Shown here: piece by piece, positions 34,127 to 44,429 of the stretch
How the letters are laid out: every line of letters starts with the position of its first letter
How positions within the stretch are numbered: the first letter of the stretch is position 1
NCBI GenBank assembly: GCA_050575255.1
Contig: JBNZDD010013398.1
Location: 225,360-289,359 of the forward strand
Origin: Harriotta raleighana
Taxonomy: Eukaryota
Direction of reading: 5' to 3'
DNA: 64,000 nt
Notes under the pieces: model-generated
What the model saw: the letters and a program-made list of their open reading frames with translations, nothing else
Databases searched by the model: none
Told to the model about the DNA's origin: nothing
Position numbers and translations under genes: made by a program

Positions 34127-36520
34127 ATGGCGAAACCAGGCGGCCAGGCAGCTCTTTATATTTTCCTGCTGTGTGTCTTGCACCTCGTCACGGGTCAAAT
34201 CCGCTACACCATTCCCGAGGAAGCGGAGAGGGGTACCTTTGTGGGCAATATTGCTGGGGATTTGCGACTGAATGTTCGGACGCTGCCAGCTCGCGAGTTA
34301 CGGCTGGTCTCTTACGACAGTGAAGAGTACCTGGAGGTAAATTTGGACACTGGGATTTTACTTCTTCGCCAGAGAATTGATAGGGAACAAATCTGCGGGC
34401 AAAGCCTTTCCTGCTCCCTATCATTTGAAGTGATGGTTGAAAGCCCTTTGGAAATACATCGCGTTGAGGTGGAGATACTTGATATAAATGACAATTCTCC
34501 CAGTTTTTCTAAGAAAGAATTGTCCTTGCAGATCGGTGAATCCACTGCTCCTGGGGCTCGGTTTCCTTTGGAAAGCGCACACGATCCTGATGTTGGCACG
34601 AATGCAATCAAAACATATCAGATTAGTTCAAATGATTATTTCGGCATCAATGTTCAGAGCAGAAGCGACGGGAGTAAACGTGCTGAATTGTTACTGGAAA
34701 AGCCACTAGATAGAGAACAAGAGTCAAACCTCAAGCTGGTTCTTACAGCCATTGATGGAGGTATCCCACCCAGATCTGGAACCTCTCAGGTTGTGGTTAC
34801 TGTACTGGATGCTAATGACAACGCGCCTGTGTTTGATCATGAAATATATAGGGTGAGTTTGGCAGAAAACGCTTCGAAGAATGCATTTGTTGTTCGCGTC
34901 AAGGCTGCCGATTCAGATTCCGGTTTAAATGCTGAGGTAAAATATTCTTTCATTAACCACGGTGTGATTGATCTGTTCAGTTTGGACGAGCAAACGGGAG
35001 ATATTCGTGTACAAGGAATACTGGATTTTGAGCAGTCTCACGTTTATGAACTCGAGGTACAAGCTGTAGATAAAGGCACACCTGGTCTGGCTGGACATAG
35101 CAAAGTTTTGGTCGCAATAGTGGACGTAAACGATAATGCCCCCGAGGTAAAGCTGACCTCTGTGTCCAGTACTGTCCGTGAAAATGCATCGCCCGGGACT
35201 GTTATATGCCTAATCAGTGTGACAGATAGGGATTTTGGGAAAAACGGTCAAGTACACTGTCAGATTCCCAATAACATCCCCTTTGAACTACAAAAATCTT
35301 TGGCTAATCAATATAAATTGATTACCAGCGATAAACTAGACCGTGAGACGAATCCTACCTATAATATATCCCTATTTGCCTGGGATGCAGGGATTCCTCA
35401 GCTTTCTACACACAGAACCATTTGGGTGTCGGTTTCTGATGTGAATGACAACGCGCCGCGGTTTGCTCAGTCGGTATATACGGTCTATCTGAAGGAAAAC
35501 AATGCTCCCGGCGCCTCTATCTTTGCGGTGACGGCTATGGATCTTGATCTGGATCAGAACTCTTATGTAACATACTCCATGCTGGAGAACCAAATCCAGG
35601 GTACGTTTGCGTCTTTTCACGTCAGTGTGAACTCCAACAATGGGAATATTTACGCGCTGCATTCCTTTGATTATGAAGAACTCAAACGCTTTCAGATTCA
35701 GATTCAGGCCCGGGATTCCGGAGTGCCTCCGCTCAGCAGCAGCGTCGCAATCAGTGTGATCATACTGGATCAAAACGACAACAGACCCGTCATTATTTCA
35801 CCTCTAACGTGGAATGGGTCAGCGGCGGTGGAGGTGCCACCTGGAGCTCCATCGCCAGACTACCTGGTGACCAAGATAATCGCCACTGATGCGGATTCTG
35901 GTCAGAACGCTAGGCTATCGTACCATTTACTCCAAGCTACTGACGCCAGTTTGTTCACAGTGGGGCTGTATTCCGGAGAAATAAAAACAACGCGCAGATT
36001 TCTCGGGCAAGATACGAACACACAGAGTTTGGTGATTGAAGTCACCGACAATGGACAACCAACTCTCTCCACAAGCGTCACGGTGCTTATCTCTACGGCG
36101 CCGAATGTGACTGAGAAATACTCTGACCAGCGCCCAGTGATGGACCCAAAGCCTGATGCCACTTTTCATCTAAATCTATATTTAATTGTCATTTTGGGTT
36201 CTACGTCAATGATATTTCTAATCATCATAGTTTTGCTGATTGTCATAAAATGCCACCAAGACAGGCACATTGGTTACGACTGCTGCTGTTGGGAAACGAG
36301 GAATTTAAGGAATGTTTCTCATGGAAGAGCTACACCGAAAGAATCGCTACATTACACCGAGGTTGGTGAAAGGATTCCTATTCCTGCCACGTATAATTAT
36401 AGGGTTTCCCTTTCTCCAGAATCGGCGAAGAGTGATTTTCTGTTTCTAAAAACATACAATCAGAACATCCACAGTAGCAGCGTCACTGACACCAACGTTA
36501 ACAAACAATATTGTCAATAA
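34127..36520 (+). CDS. Clustered protocadherin, single-exon type (unit 10, group A)
   Basis: Intact ORF MAKPGGQ... (upstream in-frame ATG at 34088), 6 EC, TM, YNYRVSLSPESAKSDFLFLK. Confidence 0.95.
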   Translation: MAKPGGQAALYIFLLCVLHLVTGQIRYTIPEEAERGTFVGNIAGDLRLNVRTLPARELRLVSYDSEEYLEVNLDTGILLLRQRIDREQICGQSLSCSLSFEVMVESPLEIHRVEVEILDINDNSPSFSKKELSLQIGESTAPGARFPLESAHDPDVGTNAIKTYQISSNDYFGINVQSRSDGSKRAELLLEKPLDREQESNLKLVLTAIDGGIPPRSGTSQVVVTVLDANDNAPVFDHEIYRVSLAENASKNAFVVRVKAADSDSGLNAEVKYSFINHGVIDLFSLDEQTGDIRVQGILDFEQSHVYELEVQAVDKGTPGLAGHSKVLVAIVDVNDNAPEVKLTSVSSTVRENASPGTVICLISVTDRDFGKNGQVHCQIPNNIPFELQKSLANQYKLITSDKLDRETNPTYNISLFAWDAGIPQLSTHRTIWVSVSDVNDNAPRFAQSVYTVYLKENNAPGASIFAVTAMDLDLDQNSYVTYSMLENQIQGTFASFHVSVNSNNGNIYALHSFDYEELKRFQIQIQARDSGVPPLSSSVAISVIILDQNDNRPVIISPLTWNGSAAVEVPPGAPSPDYLVTKIIATDADSGQNARLSYHLLQATDASLFTVGLYSGEIKTTRRFLGQDTNTQSLVIEVTDNGQPTLSTSVTVLISTAPNVTEKYSDQRPVMDPKPDATFHLNLYLIVILGSTSMIFLIIIVLLIVIKCHQDRHIGYDCCCWETRNLRNVSHGRATPKESLHYTEVGERIPIPATYNYRVSLSPESAKSDFLFLKTYNQNIHSSSVTDTNVNKQYCQ

Positions 36521-36694
36521 ATCTGCAATATGAACAATTGATAGCTTGTGAGGTTTTAGGCCCTACTGTATTATAGTGTCACTTGTATTCAAATAGCAGA
36601 TCTCTCATTATCTTCTACAATACATACACTCGTGGAGAAGTGACCCTATGGCATACATTTATAATTGTATAATCAATCGGCAAGGGGATATGAT

Positions 36695-36850
36695 AAACAA
36701 CAACAACAAAATTACATTTATTAAGCGCCTGTCACTTCAGGAGGACGTCCCAAGGCGCTGGACCGGTTACTGCTTGAGGCCCGACCTAAGGGCTGGGGTG
36801 AGGGGTGGCAGGAGTCGCCGATACGACCATCGAAAAGGAGAGTTTTGAGA
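36695..36850 (-). mobile_element. L2-type 3' tail fragment
   Basis: (AAC)n-AAAATTACATTTATTAAGCGCC...GTCCCAAGGCGCT, same as the tail at 37873-37940. Confidence 0.6.
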
Positions 36851-37872
36851 AGTGTCTAAGACATCCCTAAATAAAATTCCAGTTTTCGAATTATACCACT
36901 GTGATAGTTTTCTGCGAGTGACTAGGATTACTTTTCACATTAAATAAATAGAACAAGAAGGGACGAAATACAATTGTTTTGAAAATTGCTTACAATGGGA
37001 ATGAAATAGTACCTCTTCTGTGTTTCCAGACAAACAGTTGACATTTGCAGCTGTTGATGTTACATTAATGAATATCCTATCATTTTCTGCATTGTTTCTC
37101 CAGGCAGGCGTAGTTCATTTCAGTGTTTGGTAAAATACCAACGTGGCAAAGTCGTGGTTTTCATCCATTATACCATAAAAACGCTTCCTTTGAAACTCAT
37201 ATGAGAAATCCACAGCAACATTCTTTCTGAAACTCCATCATCTGCACTGAACTCAATCACACCCATGAAAATAATGCTTCCATTTACTGTTGAAATTCTC
37301 AAATGCATGTATCAAAATAATATACAGGCACAACAAGATAAAGCATGCACAATTATGAAATAACTTTTGCATCTTTATATTGTTTAACAATCTCTTTTTA
37401 AGATGCACACGAAACCATTTACCCTTTTGTTTGTCATTTTGGGGAGCTTTTCTGCAGAAATAAATAAAGGATTAAATGGTAGTCCATTCAAGTGGTAGTG
37501 AAAAACTTCTATCATTGAAGCACATTCCTAGGTTCAGAACTACATTTCTTTTGTAAATAATTTGAAAAGGCCTACATTATTTGCTCTTCTTCAATAAAAT
37601 TCATGTATGATGACCCTCTTTGTATATTTATTTGCTTCTTTCTAGCAGGAAACTGATGGCAATAAATGGGTTGCAACACTCTAGGGTTTCCAAAACTACT
37701 TTACACAATTTCACCCACACTAAAACAGTGAATTCGGTTTACATTACATCCTATGAAATGATCTGAGTCGTTTCGAATTAGAGATAATGCACCATATCAA
37801 TGCGAAGGATGATTACTATAGTCATTATTGTCAGAACCAATGAGTTAAAGCAGTCACTGACAAGCCACTGGC

Positions 37873-38850
37873 AAAAACAACAACAAAATTACATTTATAT
37901 AGTGCCTTTCACATCAGGAAGATGTCCTAAGGCACTGAACAGTCAATGTTTCAGACCCGAGCTGGGGTTGGGGATAGGGATAGGGTGGAGGAGTTAGATG
38001 GAAAGGGAGGGATTTGGGGTGACAAGTGGGAACATTGAAGAGAAAGTCTTCAGGCAGAACTTGAAGGAGGCCAGGAAGGAGACATGCTGGAGGGAATGTG
38101 CAATGGAATTTCAGAGTTTATGGGCAGAGGGGCTGAAGGCTTACCCACCAATGCTGGGGTGAGTGTGCAGGGCATGTGGAGCCGTCCATGCCCCCTTCAA
38201 GGCCATGCCCCCTCTGCTCCCCCTGCTGAATGGAGGGGCCATGCCTATGAAAATGAAGACGAGGATGTTGAATTTGATCATCTGAGGGACGGGGAGCTAA
38301 TTGAGCCGGGTGAGAGTAGATTAGTGGGGTCAAGGAAACTGGAGTGGTAGAGGACATGAGCTGCAGAATTTTGGATGGTCTGCAGCTTGTGAAGGGTAAA
38401 GCTGGAAAGGCCGACAATGAGGCAGTTTATGTAGTTGAGCCTTGATGTTAGAAATGCATGGGTGAGAGTTTCGGCAGGCTGAGGGATGAGACAGTTCGAG
38501 TCCAGCAATGTTACAGAACAACATAAGTAATAGGTGAAGGAATATGCCATTCAGCCAATTGAGCTTGTCACACAATTTAATAAGATCATGGCTGATCATC
38601 TAACCTAATTTAATTTGCAGAGGTGGTGGAAGGTCACGTGGGGGTGAACGGACAACTCAGGGTCAAACAGGACTCTGCCCCAAGTTCCTGTCAAGCTTCA
38701 AGAGATGGAGTGTGAATCCTGGATGTTGATGTTGTTGAGTCCTCCGCCCAGCCCCAAAGGTAGAGAGGTCTTGACTCGAGCCAATCAGGTGGGCCTCAGT
38801 CTTGCTGACATTCAGCTGGAGAATGTTGTGCCTTGACCAAGATACAAGCA
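37873..38850 (-). mobile_element. Degraded L2-clade LINE (3' ~1 kb), interrupted by a CR1-like tail
   Basis: Minus-strand peptides AETLTHAFLTSRLNYINCLIVGL...LQTIQNSAAHVL and SWSRHNILQLNVSKTE, plus an L2 tail with (AAC)n. Confidence 0.8.
38515..38610 (-). mobile_element. CR1-like LINE 3' tail nested in L2
   Basis: ACATAAGTAATAGG...GCCATTCAGCC...AATAAGATCATGGCTGATC resembles chondrichthyan CR1 3' ends and lies between two L2 ORF segments. Confidence 0.6.
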
Positions 38851-40552
38851 CATTTTTTTAGTGGAAAACAGTCAGAGATTGAGTGCTGCTGGATTCACAC
38901 CAAAATCACAACACAACTACACGTGTATAACGCCTTTCACGTCCCGAGGTAAAATAAGAAGAAAATAAACTTGTAGACCGCGAAAGCGTGACTTAATCAC
39001 TGAGATAAATATATTGGAAAGCGATGTTTGTGATACCCTCATTGGAGGATCAAGATAATAACTTTCGTATCAGTGTTCAGTCGTCAACCAAATGCAAGGG
39101 AGAATAAAAGCAATAAGAAAAGTAAATGAACTCACCGCCCAAAAGTTACTCACTTTTCTTTCTCCATAGATTCTGATAAAATGAAGAATACGATCTATAA
39201 CATGGTTAGAGTAAACAGATATCACAGCGTTAAAACGCCGGGAACATCCTGTAGCTCGACATCAATGAAATCGCACTACAGCAAGTTGGTGGGTGTGAAA
39301 TTAGCAATTTAAAGACGAAGTTGAACATATTGTCGATACGCCAACCTCTGGCCAAAGCATGCCGGAATCCAAAATAATCCAACACTCAATCACTAACCTT
39401 TCGAGCAAATGTCATAACAAACAACACATTGGTCAAAGAAACCATCACTTTTTGAAATAAGGTATATATTAACAAAAAGTGCAAACATACTATTCCCAAA
39501 TGAAACTAGCCAGAGTTCAATGGGTAACTTGAGCCATTGAACTTGTTTAGAAGACGACTTTACACAGCAGAAATTTACATCAGTATAAATAGGCGCTGTA
39601 TGTTTATAGTAATATAATAACCCTTACATGTTTCAAGCGCTTTTCTCATTTTATCGACGTCTCAAAGCCCCTAATGTTTGAATAAAAATAAAACACAATT
39701 CAGATGCAATCATCCATCTACCGACACACGAATCGAAACAGTGATTTCCATAACACACACACATACCCTTTTCGATCGAATACAACACCTCGATAAAAAC
39801 CAAATGCGAAAATCAAAACTAAAAAGAGACCAAATATATTACGCAGCAGGATATCAACGTTTTGGTTATATAAAAGCAGATTATTTTCAGATCGTTACGA
39901 AAATAATTCAATGAGCGAACAAGCTAGTGAGCCGCCGTAGTTTAATAAAGTCGAATTGATAATTGAGCAATTCGAAATTAGTGAAGTAGAGCGAGTGGAA
40001 AACACTGGACTGGATTTGGCGTTGCGTGAATGGTAACAGCTGCCAATGTTTCAAACATAATCTTACCAGCACATGTCAAGTTTTGAATCACGAATTCAAC
40101 TCTGTTTGCAAAAAACAGAACATGGATATGAGCTGGTAAGGAGCTTTTTCTTGCCTTTACAATGCAAAGACATGCAATTACAATGATCATTGTGTATTGT
40201 GGGCAATTTGATAAATGTCCCTGCGTGGATGAGTATTGGAATCACTTATAAATTATAACTTTGTACAGATAACTTGTAATTCGTATAAATGTAATTGGAG
40301 GGTGCTTTTGGATAAAACAATTATGAGCCATATTTCCCTGAACTGCTTGTGCAATCAATGCAATCATTGGGTGTTTTGTCTTAATCTAAACTGATGAATT
40401 CACAATCATTCCACTCCATTGTATAAATCAAGTGAAAAAATTTGTGTGGTCTCGATGACGTGTTAAAGCAATATATCAAATGTCCATTGTGCATCAATAG
40501 GTAACGAGGTGTTTCCCATTTTTGAGACATTCAAGCTTTAAGGGGTGTAAAG

Positions 40553-40622
40553 TGCAATGATTGGCTTGAGTCTCGTTGTGTCGCTGTCTACCAATAAGGG
40601 GCATAAAGCGGCTGGAGATCCA
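40553..40622 (+). promoter_or_regulatory. Pcdh CSE promoter (unit 11)
   Basis: TGCAATGATTGG...GTGTCGCTGTCTACCAATAAG (40578-40598)...GAGATCCA. Confidence 0.9.
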
Positions 40623-40861
40623 CCAATACCCCCGCCACACCGCGCACAATTCACAGTCAGCCGGAAAGAAGGCTTCCCGGGTTTCAATCGGAGCCATCTT
40701 TTCCAAATCGTCATCCAACTAGTCGATGTTTGTATTATTTCAAGATTTTCCTAAAAATCTAATGCAGATGCAATCAATTATCGCGATTTATATTACCGAC
40801 ATCCTGGTATCATATCCGAGAAGACGAATTAACAAATAGGAACCGATTCTGTACGGTAAGA

Positions 40862-43294
40862 ATGAACCCTTTGTCTTATGTTGCCGTCTTTTATATCTTG
40901 GGTCTGGCGTTTGGAGAAATTCGTTATTCTATTCCCGAAGAATTGGATCACGGTGCTTTTGTTGGAAATATAGCTAAGGATCTCGGTTTGAATGTTGAAT
41001 CTCTATCGAAAAGAAGGTTTAGGATAGTCTCTGTCGCCAGGAAGCAGTATCTGGAGGTGGATATACAAAATGGAGTTTTGTTTGTCAATGCGAGGATAGA
41101 CAGAGAACAGCTGTGTGGAGCAAATGCTGCTTGTTTTCTGCGTTTAGAAGCCGTGATCGAAAACCCGTTGGAGTCTTTCGAAATAAAAGTGGAAATTCAT
41201 GATGTAAATGATAATGCTCCCAAATTCGAAAGGAGCGAACAACACATAGAAATCCCCGAGACAGCAGCACCGGGGACTCGCTTTCTGCTGGACAGCGCAC
41301 AAGACCCTGACGTCGGTACAAATTCTCTTGATAGTTACCTGCTGAGTCAGAATGATTACTTCTCGCTGGATGTACAGACTGGGAGTGATGAGGGTAGATT
41401 AGCCGAATTGGTGCTTCAAAAAAATCTGGACAGGGAAAAACAAGACGCCTACAAGCTGGTCCTCACAGCACAAGACGGTGGCTCCCCGGCTTTATCAGGG
41501 ACCACATTGATCAAAATTACTGTGTTGGATATTAACGACAATATGCCTGTTTTTGATCACACTGTCTACAGGGTTAGAGTACTGGAAAATGTTCCGAAAG
41601 GAACATTGATCATCAAACTGAATGCCACAGATGCAGATGAAGGTGCAAATGGCGAGGTCACGTACAACTTCCGCAGGCGCACACCCATGAAAATCCTTGA
41701 GCTCTTTAAGTTAGAGCCCAACACTGGAGAGATTCGAGTTCAAGGAGTGATTGATTTTGAAGAAAACAATGTTTATGAGATGATCGTAGAAGCTAAAGAT
41801 CAAGGTGCGTCTGCAGCTCCAGTTCATTGCAAAGTTGTGGTCACAGTCTTAGATGTGAATGATAATTCACCCCAAGTCATCCTCACTTCACTGTCCAGTC
41901 CAGTTCCCGAAGATGCCCCGCCTGGAACAGTGGTGGCTCTGATCACTGTAACAGACCAAGATTCAGGAGACAACGGCGAAATACGCTGTCAGATTCAACA
42001 CGATGTCCCCTTCCAATTGAATTCTTCCTCAAAGAACTCCTACACATTAGTCACCCGATACTCCCTGGACAGAGAAACATCTTCTCAATACAGCGTTATT
42101 ATCTCATGTACGGATTTGGGGCTGCATCCTCTGGTATCCAACAAAACCATCCAGGTGGACGTGTCAGATATCAATGACAACGCGCCACATTTTGCGCAAC
42201 CTTCATTCACAGCCTATGTAACAGAGAACAACTCACCTGGTTCATCAATATTCTCAGTCACCGCTTTTGACCCGGACACGCTCCAGAACACGCTTCTGTC
42301 GTACTCTATTCTGCACACTGAGGTGAAGGGTACTCCTGTTTACGATTACGTATCCATTAATTCAGAAAGCGGAATTATCTTTTCACAGAATTCGTTTGAC
42401 TATGAACAACTGAAGAATTTTCAGATTGGTGTTCAAGTGCAGGATGGAGGCTCCCCACCACACGCAGCCAACGTTACAGTAAATGTAGTTATCTTGGATC
42501 AGAATGATAACGCGCCAATCATTGTATTGCCTATATCAGCGGATGGCTTTGACGCAATGATTTCTCCATCTGTGGATCCGGGTTACCAGGTGACAAAAAT
42601 CATCGCCACGGACGCTGATTCCGGACAAAACGCACGCCTTTCCTACCAACTGCTAGACGCGACACAGCCAGGTGTGTTCACTGTGATACCGAAATCTGGA
42701 GAAATCAGGACGATTCGGCGTTTGGAAGACATGAAAGGCACTGTGCACCGACTTATTGTTGTGGTGAAAGACTGTGGCCATCCTCCGCTCTCAGCCACAT
42801 GTACCGTTAGCCTGTCCATTATTGATGGTGGGGCAGAAATGTTAGCTGACTTTAGTGGGAACCTCCCCAAATCGACGGATTCCTCAGATTTGGCCTTTTA
42901 TATCATTATATCATTGGGATCAATTTCATTTGTACTTCTGTTGACTATAATTGCCCTTGTTGCTACCATATGTCACAATAACATTGGTTCCTACAGTACC
43001 CGCTGTTGCTTCAGACCGAGGAATCTGAATGACATGTTCCAGAATTCCCACGTCAATCTGCAGAGAGAGCATAATGCCGAATTGGTTTCAAACTTCATGG
43101 AAGTTCGAGGAACCGGTTCGCTCTCCCAAACCCATTGTTATAAAGTTCATTCGGCTTGTGAATCTGGCAAAGGCGATCTGGCATTCCAGGAATCCGCTCC
43201 AGCGACTCTGGCAACCCGTGAGAAATCGATGGCTATTGCCAAAGCCGAATGGAATGGAAGCGCCACAGGCAATTGGGTCAAAATACCTATCCAG
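40862..43294 (+). CDS. Clustered protocadherin variable exon (unit 11, group B), spliced to constant exons outside the window
   Basis: 6 EC, TM, MEVRGTGSLSQTHCYKV; phase-0 donor CAG|GTAAAT at 43294/43295 (unspliced ORF would end at 43303). Confidence 0.92.
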
Positions 43295-43703
43295 GTAAAT
43301 TGAATCAATCTCTAAAATTCTCTTCAAGCTTTCGCTGCGGTAAACGTCATTGCAAATATAATTTTAAGGTAACCATATTTGCCTAATCATACTTTGATAA
43401 GTTACAAATTTACGCATTTTCAGATTTCCGAATTAAACTGCAATTTAACTACAATAAACTAGATGGAATAGTGTTTCCTTACAATTATTCATACCCAAAG
43501 GGAAAATATTGGATACCCTTAGATTGAACAGCTCAGTGAGATGAGAATAACACGAGAAGTTCTGTACTTTCATGTAATATGTTTCTCCACAGTATTCTTA
43601 ATGAACAGATCTTATTAGGTTTTAATTGCAACCAATTTATCTTTGTGGCAAGCGTCCAGTGAGTTTATAACATGGGAAAAGTTATCGATTAATTTAAATT
43701 ATG

Positions 43704-43847
43704 GAAAACACAAAATACTGCAGATATTGGAAATCTGAAACAAAAACGAAGTTGCTGGGAAAACTCAGCAGGTCAGGCAGCATCTACGGAGAAAGTCAAG
43801 TGAGTCAACGTTTCGGGTTCACGATCCTTCATCAGAACTGGGGTATG
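43704..43847 (-). mobile_element. Short Penelope-related chondrichthyan repeat with probable target-site duplication
   Basis: AATACTGCAGAT...CTCAGCAGGTCAGGCAGCATCT...ACGTTTCGGG...CCTTCATCAGAACTG, flanked by TAATTTAAATT(A/G)TG direct repeats (43690-43703, 43848-43861). Family assignment is from recall. Confidence 0.65.
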
Positions 43848-44157
43848 TAATTTAAATTGTGTGTTTGATGTGCATTTAGTTTGCAACTAATCTGCAAAAC
43901 AACTGCAAGATTGATGGTTGGTTTCACAAACTTTTTTTAAAAACAAATTCAGGCGACGCAGAAACGTTGGTTTGCTAGGATGGAAACCAGGCTAATATTG
44001 TTTAGATTACATCAAGTTAAATACAATCCAGCGACAACAGTTTGGAAAGTCAGTTGGCTCTGCTCACACACCCACTATGCATCAACTAAACAAAATGTGA
44101 TTTAAAAAAAAATGAAAAGTGTAGTGGAGCTTTAAGAGATTGCCATGTTCTGCTCTA

Positions 44158-44227
44158 TGCAGTTATTGGATGAGACACTTTGTGTCGCTGTCTACCAATC
44201 AGGTAATGTAACGAGGCTCCAGATCTC
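44158..44227 (+). promoter_or_regulatory. Pcdh CSE promoter (unit 12)
   Basis: TGCAGTTATTGG...GTGTCGCTGTCTACCAATCAG (44182-44202)...CAGATCT. Confidence 0.9.
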
Positions 44228-44429
44228 CAGTCCTTCCCCCTACCACATACAGTGATGTCGGAGAGGGAGGAACGCACAACCTCCATTGTTTATACTCAGA
44301 AATAGGGAGCCATTTTAGTTCAACACTGCCATTAATTCACCAGGATGTTTGAGCACAAGATAGGTTTCTTTTGTACCTAAGATAAAATGCCCACAGATTT
44401 TTGGAAATGACAATTTTTTTGAAGAAGGA

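Noticed and set aside
36521-40550. Possible constant-region exons between the subgroups
   Set aside because: No PNxDW-like constant-exon peptide or convincing small exon seen; the region is largely L2/CR1/SINE debris. A very divergent exon cannot be excluded by eye.
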